DNA of 64,000 bases from Gemmatimonadales bacterium (GTDB lineage: Bacteria; Gemmatimonadota; Gemmatimonadetes; Gemmatimonadales; GWC2-71-9), in NCBI GenBank assembly GCA_036267775.1, contig DATAVM010000108.1, forward strand, positions 5,845-69,844. Reading direction: 5' to 3'. This document shows positions 46,353 through 54,319 of this stretch, piece by piece. The translations under genes were made by a program, and so were the position numbers. Position 1 is the first letter of the stretch; every line of letters starts with the position of its first letter. Under the pieces are notes generated by a model. That model saw nothing but the letters and a program-made list of their open reading frames with translations. It was not told the origin of the DNA and did not search any database.

Positions 46353-49289
46353 ATGCCATCCGGAACCAGTTCGGCGGCCATGGCGGCCTTGGTACACCGG
46401 TTGGGCGGCGAGGCCTGCCTCTTTCCGGTTGCGGCTGATAGCGAGGGCGCACTCACTGAAGTCGGCCGGCTGGGCGGCCTGCCCGTGTGGAGCACGGACG
46501 CGCCGGCCGGTGTCGCCCGCAAACTCGCGCGCCGTCTTGCGCGACACGGCAGCCTTGGTCTTCTCCTGGCACATCAAGCGGAACGCGGAACCCTGGCGGT
46601 GGCGGCCACCGTCGAACCGGTGCGGCTTGTCGCCGTCCCGTTGCATCAGGCCGAGCCGCTCGCCTTGCAGCGATTGGCGCGCGCCGCGCGCGCTTTGCGA
46701 GCAACGCCGCTGGAAATGGCTATCGCCTGCGCCGAAGCACTCGATCTCGACGCCGCCGGCCGGCAAGTGTTCGCTGTGTTGCATCGGCTCCTGCTCCAGG
46801 CGGTGGAGTCGCTGCCGTCACGGGTGCCGCGCGACGACCGCCACGCGTGGGCTCTGGCGCAAATCACCCGGCTCCTGTTCCTGCGCTTTGTGGAATCAGA
46901 AGGGTGGCTCGACGGCAACCCGCGCTTCCTCGCTGAGAAATTCGACGCCTGTCTGACCGCGGGCCGCGATCCCACGCGCCATCTCCTGCAGCCGCTTTTC
47001 TTTGGAACACTCAACCGCGATGTCGCAAGGCGCTCGCGTTTTGCGCGTGCCTTTGGCGCCATTCCGTTTCTCAACGGCGGTCTCTTTGAACCGACCGCCG
47101 TCGAGCGCACGTATCAGTTGCGGCTTACGGCGGAGTACTGGCGCGATGCCTTTGCGGCACTGGTCGATCGCGTCGATGTCACTCTCGACCCCGATGGCGG
47201 TGACGGCCGGGTAACGCCCGAACTCCTGGGCCGCGCGTTCGAGGGCGTGATGGACACCGACGAGCGCAAGCGCGAGGGTGCGTTCTTCACGCCGCCGGCA
47301 CTGGTGGATGAAGTGCTGCGCGCCGCTCTCGCATGCCATCTGGCACCGTTGCTTCACCGCACCGAAACCGCGATTGCTGCCGCGCTCGATGATCCCGATC
47401 CGCTGTTGCGTCGAGCACTGCTCGATGTCACGGTGCTCGATCCGGCCGCCGGCTCAGGCGCTTTTCTGGTGGGAGCGTTGGCGCTCCTGCACGGCCCCGG
47501 ACCACGCCAGCCGGCGCGCATCAGGCATCTCGTCAGCCACCGGCTTTTTGGTGTGGACCGCCATCCTGGCGCAGTGCGGTTGACCGAGCTACGCCTCTGG
47601 CTCGAGGTGTTGCGTGCGATGCGCGGCTCTGCGCCAAGTGCGCTGCCACCACTCCCCAACCTCGACGCCATCGTACGCGCGGGTGACGCGCTCGTCGACC
47701 CGTTGTTTGGCTGCTCCATCCCTTCGGCGATGGCTCGCGAACTTGGCGCGCAACACGCTGCTGTCAGACGCTTGCATGGCGTGGACAAACGGGCCGCTCT
47801 TGCCGCACTGCGCCGCGGCGAACGCGTGGCCATCCTTGCTGCGATGGCGCGGCGCGAAGAAGCACTTTCCCGGCGCATTCTGGAAGTCCTCGAGCGCGGG
47901 CGCAGCCCCACGCTCTTTGGCGATCGTCCCGGAATCGATGCGGCGGCGCGACACGATCTCCGCGTGCTGCAGGCCGAACGGCACGACTTGCGGCGCGAAC
48001 GGCGGCGCATCACCCGTGACGCGGCGGCCGCACCATTTGCGCTGGAGACCGCGTTTGCAGCGACGCTCGCTCGTCGCGGCGGCTTCGATCTTGTCGTCGG
48101 CAATCCGCCCTGGGTGCGGGCCGAACGGATCCCGCCGGCGACGCGTCGCGTGCTCGCCGCGCGCTATCGCTGGTGGCGCGGCAGCGAGGGGCGTGGCTGG
48201 CGGCATCTTCCCGATCTGGCAGTGGCGTTCGCGGAGCGCTCCTTTGGATTGCTCGCGCCTGGCGGCACGCTGGCGCTCCTCGTTCCGGCCAAACTGGCTA
48301 CGGTGGACTACGGTGCGGCCTGTCGCGCCGGACTGACCTCGCGCGCCACGCTGCACAGAGTTGCGGATCTGGCCGACGACCCGAGCGCGGGTTTTGAAGC
48401 GACGACGTACCCGCTCGCCGTGATTGCGTCGCGCCGAGTGCCGCCGGACGGGCACGCGGTCCGGTTGGGTCTTGCCGCCAACGCACCGGCGCAGTCGCAA
48501 GCTGCCTGGCGAGCAGCCGGTCGTTGGATGCTGGCACCGCCCGCGGTGCAGCGCGTCGCCGCCAGGATCGCGGCGGAGCATCCGCCGCTCCGCGCCATGT
48601 TCGAGCCGCGCCTGGGGATCAAGACCGGCGTCAACGCAGCCTTTCTCGACCCGCCCGACACGCTGCGCGCGTGGTGCCGGCCCGCGTTGCGCGGTCGGGA
48701 CATCCGGCCATTCCTGGCGACCCCTTCCAGCTGGCTCCTCTGGCCTGCGCAGGCAGACGGCACACCATGGGACACGCTGCCGGCGCCATTGTATCAACAT
48801 TTGATGCAATACGCCGCGGCACTGCAGCGCCGCGCCGATCAGCACAGCGGGCCCTGGTGGCAGCTCTTCCGCACCCGCGGCGCCGTCGCATCGCATCGTG
48901 TGGTCTGGAGCGACATCGCCACGCGCCTGGCGGCGACGGTGGTGCCCGATAACGCCACTGTGCCGCTCAACAGCTGTTACGTGATGGCGCTCCCGTCGCG
49001 TCACGCCGCGGAAGCGGTCACCGCATGGCTCAACTCGACCTGGATCGGCGCACTCGCCCGGCTCACGGCCGAGCCTGCGGCCGGCAATTGCGCTCGCTTT
49101 GCGGCGCGCGCGATTGGCGGGGTACCGTTGCCATCGGGTGTGCCCGGCAACGCGACGCTCGCGGCCTTCACCCACGCGGCTGCCGATCGCGATGTGGTTG
49201 CGGCGCTCGACGACTGCGTGGCTGACTACCTGGGGCTTGACCGCAACGACCGCGCATTGCTGCAACCATTTGCGATGCGCTCAGCCTGA
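46353..49289 (+). CDS. PglX/Eco57I-like (type IIG/IIL-like) N6-adenine DNA methyltransferase with TaqI_C-like target-recognition domain
   Basis: 978 aa. Helical pre-MTase region ITRLLFLRFVESEGWL, LLQPLFFGTLN, IPFLNGGLFE. Motif X EGAFFTPPALVDEVL, motif I VLDPAAGSGAFLVGAL, motif IV VVGNPPWVRAE. TRD-like LGIKTGVNAAFL, ALRGRDIRPF, GPWWQLFRTR. Confidence 0.85.
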   Translation: MPSGTSSAAMAALVHRLGGEACLFPVAADSEGALTEVGRLGGLPVWSTDAPAGVARKLARRLARHGSLGLLLAHQAERGTLAVAATVEPVRLVAVPLHQAEPLALQRLARAARALRATPLEMAIACAEALDLDAAGRQVFAVLHRLLLQAVESLPSRVPRDDRHAWALAQITRLLFLRFVESEGWLDGNPRFLAEKFDACLTAGRDPTRHLLQPLFFGTLNRDVARRSRFARAFGAIPFLNGGLFEPTAVERTYQLRLTAEYWRDAFAALVDRVDVTLDPDGGDGRVTPELLGRAFEGVMDTDERKREGAFFTPPALVDEVLRAALACHLAPLLHRTETAIAAALDDPDPLLRRALLDVTVLDPAAGSGAFLVGALALLHGPGPRQPARIRHLVSHRLFGVDRHPGAVRLTELRLWLEVLRAMRGSAPSALPPLPNLDAIVRAGDALVDPLFGCSIPSAMARELGAQHAAVRRLHGVDKRAALAALRRGERVAILAAMARREEALSRRILEVLERGRSPTLFGDRPGIDAAARHDLRVLQAERHDLRRERRRITRDAAAAPFALETAFAATLARRGGFDLVVGNPPWVRAERIPPATRRVLAARYRWWRGSEGRGWRHLPDLAVAFAERSFGLLAPGGTLALLVPAKLATVDYGAACRAGLTSRATLHRVADLADDPSAGFEATTYPLAVIASRRVPPDGHAVRLGLAANAPAQSQAAWRAAGRWMLAPPAVQRVAARIAAEHPPLRAMFEPRLGIKTGVNAAFLDPPDTLRAWCRPALRGRDIRPFLATPSSWLLWPAQADGTPWDTLPAPLYQHLMQYAAALQRRADQHSGPWWQLFRTRGAVASHRVVWSDIATRLAATVVPDNATVPLNSCYVMALPSRHAAEAVTAWLNSTWIGALARLTAEPAAGNCARFAARAIGGVPLPSGVPGNATLAAFTHAAADRDVVAALDDCVADYLGLDRNDRALLQPFAMRSA

Positions 49290-49315
49290 CAGTCACGGCG
49301 CACTGGCCGCGTATC

Positions 49316-51475
49316 GTGGCCGAAGCACTGCGCGGCGTGCCACAGCCGCTGGCGACGGTCGCCATGCGCGCCCGCTGGCATTCGGCGCAGGACGTCCTCG
49401 CCGTGATGCGCTCCGCCGTTCAACCGCAACGCGCGGCCGTGACGCCACCATCCTTCCTGCAGCCACACCAGCGGGACGCGTGGCGGCGAGTGGTGGCGGC
49501 GCTCGACGGGTGGGGCGGAACACTCCTGGCCGAACCAGTCGGGCGCGGCAAGACGTGGATCGCCCTGGCGGTGGCCATGCGTGAACGTCGACCTGTCATG
49601 GCGATCGTTCCGGCCATTCTGCAGCGACAATGGGAGGATGCCGCGCGCCGCGCGGGCGTGCCGGTCTCGTGCTGGTCGCATGAGAGGCTGAGCCACGGCA
49701 GGTTGCCGCCAGGTGCGCCGGATCTGGTGATCGTCGATGAAGCGCATCGTTTCCGCGATCCCGCATCGCGCCGCGTGCGCACGCTGGCTCCATGGCTCAG
49801 CGGTCGCCGTACGCTGCTGCTGACTGCGACGCCGATCATCAATCGACTGAGGGACCTGATCACCTTGCTCCGTCTGGCGCTCCCAGAAGACGCACTCGTG
49901 CTCGACGGCATCGCACGCCTCGGCGATCTCGAAGGAATGGAGCAACCGCCAGCCGGTCTGGCGCGACTCGTGATCCGATCGACAGCGACGGCCTTCGCGA
50001 CGGTGCAGCATCGCAGTCGGGTTCTTCCCGCGGATGATGCGGAGGAAGCGCGCGGCCAGCGGGCGATTGCCGCCATAGACACCTTGGAGTTGAGTCGGGC
50101 TTCAGCCGTGCGCCAGCTGCTGCGCTCCGTCCTCCTCGATGCCGCCGCGTCGAGCGATGCGGCGTTCCGCGCAGCCCTGGAGCGCTATCGCGCATTGCTG
50201 CTGCAGTGCAAGGATGCTGGCGCCGCCTCGCGCTCCCTGCTGCGCCGTTTTGGCGGTGAGGCCCTCGACCAGCTTGTGATGTGGGATGTCGTTGCGCCCG
50301 ACCGCAGCGCGTCTGACCTCGTCGTCGGCGATCTCGTGCCACTTGCGGAGATTCTTGCTGCGTCGCGCGATCCGGATCACTGGACGGAGCGCGTCACAGC
50401 GGCCTGCGCCGATGGGCGGCCTACCGTCTGCTTTGCACGCCATCGTGCGACGGCGCAGCTGCTTCGCAAAGCCTGCGGCGAGGGCACTGCGTGGGTGGCA
50501 GGAGGTGAAGCCGGGATCGGCTCACACCGCTTGGTGCGTGCGCAGGTGCTGAGCGCTTTTGGCCCTGCGCGGGATATCTGGCGCGCGCGTGTCACGGTGC
50601 CGGGTGTGCTGGTCGCGACGGATGTGGCCGCGGAAGGGCTCGATCTGCAGGCCGCGGGACGGATCATTCACGTCGACCTGCCGTGGACCGCGGCTCGCGT
50701 CGATCAACGGGAGGGACGTCTGCTTCGGCTTGGCCAGATGCATGAGCAGGTCGATGTGCTTGCCCGAGGGGTGCCCCACGCCATCGAGCGTGCGCTGCGG
50801 CAGGTCGGGCGCATCGCTCGCAAGCGTACGCTCGCGGATGTCTGGCTCGGCGCGTTGGCGCGATCAGAACCGTCGTGCATGGTGAACGCTGCGCACACGA
50901 TGATCGCCGCAGTGGCCGACGGCGGTTCGGTTGCCGACCTCGTGCTGCTGGAGGTGTCCCGGGACGGGCGGACAGGAACGCGTTGGCTGATGCGGCATGG
51001 CAACGCCGGCTGGACCGAGGGCGAGCCGGGGGCCGACGCGGTGATCAGACGAGTGGAAGCCGGCGGTACCGCGGTTCGCATTCGCGGGATTGCCGCCACG
51101 CTGCAATCGGCACGGCTGGTGGTGCTCCGGTCGTTGGCTACGCCCGAACCGGCGCCGTTTCCGACGCTTATCCGGCGCATTCAACTGCTGGCGCGGCGGG
51201 CGTCCCGCGGCCGGGATGCGGCAGCACTCCTGCGTCTCGACCGTCTGCTTTGCTTTGCTGTCGCGCCGCCCACGTTAGGCGATCACCTCAGGCTGGAAGC
51301 GCTCGCCGGCCTGAGCGACGCCGCGGTGCTCAGCGCAGAGGTTCGCGATCGGCCGCGCGCGGGACCGGTGGCGGTGCGAGTGGTGGCAGCCGTTTCCGTT
51401 ACCGCGATGTGCCGCTACGTTCCGGCATGTCCGCCTTCCAGACGATCCTCTTTGACCTCGACGGTACCCTTATAG
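49316..51475 (+). CDS. SNF2-family (SF2) helicase/translocase
   Basis: 719 aa, with a GTG start 26 nt after the MTase stop. Motif I AEPVGRGKTW, II LVIVDEAHRFR, III LLLTATPIINRL, V VLVATDVAAEGLDLQ, VI HVDLPWTAARVDQREGRLLRLGQ. About 230 aa of unassigned C-terminal sequence; the last 49 nt overlap the next gene. Confidence 0.8.
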   Translation: MAEALRGVPQPLATVAMRARWHSAQDVLAVMRSAVQPQRAAVTPPSFLQPHQRDAWRRVVAALDGWGGTLLAEPVGRGKTWIALAVAMRERRPVMAIVPAILQRQWEDAARRAGVPVSCWSHERLSHGRLPPGAPDLVIVDEAHRFRDPASRRVRTLAPWLSGRRTLLLTATPIINRLRDLITLLRLALPEDALVLDGIARLGDLEGMEQPPAGLARLVIRSTATAFATVQHRSRVLPADDAEEARGQRAIAAIDTLELSRASAVRQLLRSVLLDAAASSDAAFRAALERYRALLLQCKDAGAASRSLLRRFGGEALDQLVMWDVVAPDRSASDLVVGDLVPLAEILAASRDPDHWTERVTAACADGRPTVCFARHRATAQLLRKACGEGTAWVAGGEAGIGSHRLVRAQVLSAFGPARDIWRARVTVPGVLVATDVAAEGLDLQAAGRIIHVDLPWTAARVDQREGRLLRLGQMHEQVDVLARGVPHAIERALRQVGRIARKRTLADVWLGALARSEPSCMVNAAHTMIAAVADGGSVADLVLLEVSRDGRTGTRWLMRHGNAGWTEGEPGADAVIRRVEAGGTAVRIRGIAATLQSARLVVLRSLATPEPAPFPTLIRRIQLLARRASRGRDAAALLRLDRLLCFAVAPPTLGDHLRLEALAGLSDAAVLSAEVRDRPRAGPVAVRVVAAVSVTAMCRYVPACPPSRRSSLTSTVPL

Positions 51476-52074
51476 ACTCCGTCGACCTGATCGTCGACAG
51501 CTATCACCACACTTTCCGGACGCACGGATTGCCGATGCTCACTCGCGAGCAGATCCTCGCCGGCATGGGCACCCCGCTGCGCATTGTCTTTGGTAACATG
51601 ACGGACGATGCCGCAGCCATCACCACGTGGACTGCGACATATCGCGAATACAACCTGGCGCACCACGACAGTCGCGTGCACGCCTATCCCGGCACCGTCG
51701 ACATGGTCCAGCGGATCAAGCGCGCGGGCCGGCGCGTGGCACTCGTCACGAGCAAGAACCACGCAGGGGCTGAGCGCGGGCTCAAGCTCGTCGGCCTCGA
51801 GGGCGCGATGGAAGCGATCATTGGCGCTGACGATGTGACGCATCCCAAGCCGCACGCCGAGCCGGTGGAACGCGCACTTGCTTCACTCGGCATGCCGGCG
51901 GAGAGCTGCCTCTTTGTTGGTGACTCGCAGCATGACGTGCATTCCGGGCGTGGCGCGGGAGTCTGGACCGCGGGTGTCACCTGGGGGCCGTTCGATCGTG
52001 CGCACCTCGAGATGGCCATGCCCGACCACTACTGCGCCACTCCCGGTGAGCTTCTGCAGTTGATCGAAGCCTGA
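51427..52074 (+). CDS. HAD-superfamily phosphatase (phosphoglycolate phosphatase / PpaX-like)
   Basis: The true ATG is at 51427 inside track ORF 50875..52074. Motif I LFDLDGTLIDS, motif II VALVTSK, motif III KPHAEP ... FVGDSQHDVHSGRGAG. Confidence 0.85.
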   Translation: MSAFQTILFDLDGTLIDSVDLIVDSYHHTFRTHGLPMLTREQILAGMGTPLRIVFGNMTDDAAAITTWTATYREYNLAHHDSRVHAYPGTVDMVQRIKRAGRRVALVTSKNHAGAERGLKLVGLEGAMEAIIGADDVTHPKPHAEPVERALASLGMPAESCLFVGDSQHDVHSGRGAGVWTAGVTWGPFDRAHLEMAMPDHYCATPGELLQLIEA

Positions 52075-52108
52075 TTCGCCGTCGATCGTCACTCCAATCG
52101 GAGGAAGC

Positions 52109-53800
52109 ATGCGTCGCATTCTGCTCGTGGGCGGGTTGATGCTGGGTTCCGCGTGTGCGCCGCATCGCGACGCCAACAAGGACTGGGACGCTTTCCGCGA
52201 CCGGTTCATCGAAGGGATCCTGCGCGACCAGCCGGGTTTTGCCGTGGCACAGGGCCGGCATGAATACGACGGCAAGTTGCGCGACGTGAGCGAGGCGGGG
52301 CTGACGCACAGCGCGGCGTTTCTCAAGGCCGCCAGGGACACTGCACTCGCGTTCGATCCCACGACGCTCGACTCTACGCGGCGCTTTGAGCGCGACTATC
52401 TCGCGGCCGTCGTCGATGGCCAGCTCTTCTGGCAGGTGAGTGCCGACGGTCCGCACAAGAATCCCGACTGGTACACTGGCGAGCTCGATCCACAGGTCTA
52501 TCTCACACGTCCCTACGCGCCGCTCGCCGATCGCCTCAAGGCGTACATCGCCTGGGCAAAGGCGATTCCCACGGCCACCGCGTCGATTCAGGCCAATCTG
52601 CATCCGCCGCTCGCCCGCCCGATCATCGACATTGGACGAATCCGCTTTGGTGGTCTCGCGGACTATCTCACCAACGATGTGCCGCAGGTGTTTGCCGATG
52701 TCAAGGACACCGCACTTCAGGCACAGTTCCGCGACGCGAACGGGGCCGCGGCCAAAGCGTTTACCGCGCTCGACATGTGGCTCGAAGCGCAGCGCAAGAC
52801 GCAGACGGAAGATTTTGCGCTTGGAGCCGCCAAGTTCGCCGAGATGCTGCAGGCGACCGAACGCGTGGATGTGCCGCTCGACACGCTGATGGCGCTTGGC
52901 CGCGCGGACCTGGCGCGCAACGTCGCCGCGCTCAAGGATGCCTGCGCCCAGTTTGCTCCGGGCAAGTCGATTCCCGATTGCGTCAAGAAGGAAGCGGCCC
53001 ACAAACCTGAAGGTGGTCCGGTCGCCGAAGGCCGCCGGCAACTGGTGATGCTCGAAGCCTTTGTGCGCAGCAAGGACATCGTCTCCATCCCCGACACGCA
53101 GCACGCGCAGGTGATGCCGTCACCGCCGTATCAGCAGAGCAACTCCGCGTTCATCGACATCCCGGGGCCGTACGAGAAGGGCATGCCCTCGGTCTACTAC
53201 ATCTCGCCGCCCAATCCCAAGTGGACCAAGGCCGAGCAGGAAGGCTACATTCCCGGTGTCGCCGACCTTCTTTTTACCAGTGTGCATGAGGTCTGGCCGG
53301 GGCATTTCCTGCAGTTTCTGCACGCCAATCATTCGCCGTCAATGCTTGGCCGGCTCTTTGTGGGCTATGCGTATGCAGAGGGCTGGGCGCACTATTGCGA
53401 GGAGATGATGTGGGAAGAAGGGCTCGGCAACGGTGATCCTGAAACGCATGTGGGTCAACTCATCAACGCCACATTGCGCGACGCGCGCTTCATCTCGGCC
53501 ATCGGCATGCACAGCGGCAAGATGACGACGGCCGAGAGCGAGAAGCTCTTTCACGATGAGGCATTCCAGGACGCGGCCACGTCGCGCGAGCAGGCCGAGC
53601 GCGGCACGTATGATCCGGCATATCTCAACTACACGCTGGGCAAGCTGATGATTCGCAAGCTGCGCGATGACTGGACAGCGACACGTGGCGGCAAGACCGC
53701 GTGGAAAGCGTTCCATGACGCCTTCCTGCAGTATGGCGGCCCGCCAATTCCGCTGGTGCGCCAGGCAATGCTGGGGAACAAGGCGGGGCCGGCGCTCTGA
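52109..53800 (+). CDS. DUF885-family lipoprotein (metallopeptidase-like fold)
   Basis: Lipoprotein signal MRRILLVGGLMLGSAC. The DUF885 hallmark FTSVHEVWPGHFLQF and the C-terminal FHDAFLQYGGPPIPLV. Confidence 0.8.
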   Translation: MRRILLVGGLMLGSACAPHRDANKDWDAFRDRFIEGILRDQPGFAVAQGRHEYDGKLRDVSEAGLTHSAAFLKAARDTALAFDPTTLDSTRRFERDYLAAVVDGQLFWQVSADGPHKNPDWYTGELDPQVYLTRPYAPLADRLKAYIAWAKAIPTATASIQANLHPPLARPIIDIGRIRFGGLADYLTNDVPQVFADVKDTALQAQFRDANGAAAKAFTALDMWLEAQRKTQTEDFALGAAKFAEMLQATERVDVPLDTLMALGRADLARNVAALKDACAQFAPGKSIPDCVKKEAAHKPEGGPVAEGRRQLVMLEAFVRSKDIVSIPDTQHAQVMPSPPYQQSNSAFIDIPGPYEKGMPSVYYISPPNPKWTKAEQEGYIPGVADLLFTSVHEVWPGHFLQFLHANHSPSMLGRLFVGYAYAEGWAHYCEEMMWEEGLGNGDPETHVGQLINATLRDARFISAIGMHSGKMTTAESEKLFHDEAFQDAATSREQAERGTYDPAYLNYTLGKLMIRKLRDDWTATRGGKTAWKAFHDAFLQYGGPPIPLVRQAMLGNKAGPAL

Positions 53801-53822
53801 GCGGTTTGGGTTGAAGGCAACG

Positions 53823-53850
53823 GCGGCGCGGAGAGTGATCTCCGCGCCGC
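53823..53850. terminator. Perfect 12-bp GC hairpin between convergent genes (DUF885 gene / argR)
   Basis: GCGGCGCGGAGA-gtga-TCTCCGCGCCGC, centred between the stops at 53800 and 53855. There is no U-tract on either side, so it is a hairpin-only (possibly bidirectional) terminator candidate. Confidence 0.5.
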
Positions 53851-53854
53851 TACG

Positions 53855-54319
53855 CTATTCTGCCTGTTCTTCACCCATGAGCCCGCGCAACTCCCGCAGC
53901 ACCCGGGCCTGCGCCGCGGCATGTCGCGTCGCGACAAAGATCGTGTCGTCGCCGCCGATGGTGCCGACCACTTCCGGCCACGCGAGCAGATCAATGGCGC
54001 TTCCCACACGCTGCGCTTCTCCCGGCGGCGTGTGGAGCACCAGCAGCGCATCACCTGCGGTCTCGACCGACAGCAGGGATTCCGCAATCCGTCGCCGGTT
54101 GGGATCGGTGATTTCGCGCAGATGCGTCGCCGCAGGCCGCTGATAGATCCCTTCCACCTTGACGAGGCCGAGTGCGGTGATGTCACGACTCACCGAACTC
54201 TGCGTCACTTCCCAGCCTTCCTGCGACAGTACCTCGGCCAACTCTTCCTGTGTGCGGAGCGGACGCGTCGCAACGAGCTCGAGAATCTTGAGATGCCGCT
54301 TGTTGCGATCGATGCTCAT
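53855..54319 (-). CDS. argR: Arginine repressor
   Basis: 154 aa. Winged helix KRHLKILELVATRPLRTQEELAEVLSQEGWEVTQSSVSRDI. C-terminal oligomerisation/arginine-binding domain GTIGGDDTIFV. Confidence 0.9.
   Translation of the reverse strand: MSIDRNKRHLKILELVATRPLRTQEELAEVLSQEGWEVTQSSVSRDITALGLVKVEGIYQRPAATHLREITDPNRRRIAESLLSVETAGDALLVLHTPPGEAQRVGSAIDLLAWPEVVGTIGGDDTIFVATRHAAAQARVLRELRGLMGEEQAE

Noticed and set aside
46353-46470. A possible PD-(D/E)xK nuclease motif at the N-terminus of the methyltransferase (D29 ... E36-V-G).
   Set aside because: The lysine is absent and the surrounding sequence has no beta-strand pattern I can recognise. It is not called as a nuclease without profile or structure evidence.
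47589-49265. A 558-aa minus-strand ORF inside the methyltransferase gene. Comparable shadow ORFs are 43277-44791, 18805-20250, 57601-59253, 54361-55722, 29094-31001, 25033-26514 and 36644-38071.
   Set aside because: The same high-GC antisense artefact applies: the sense strand carries ordered catalytic motifs, and these ORFs have none.
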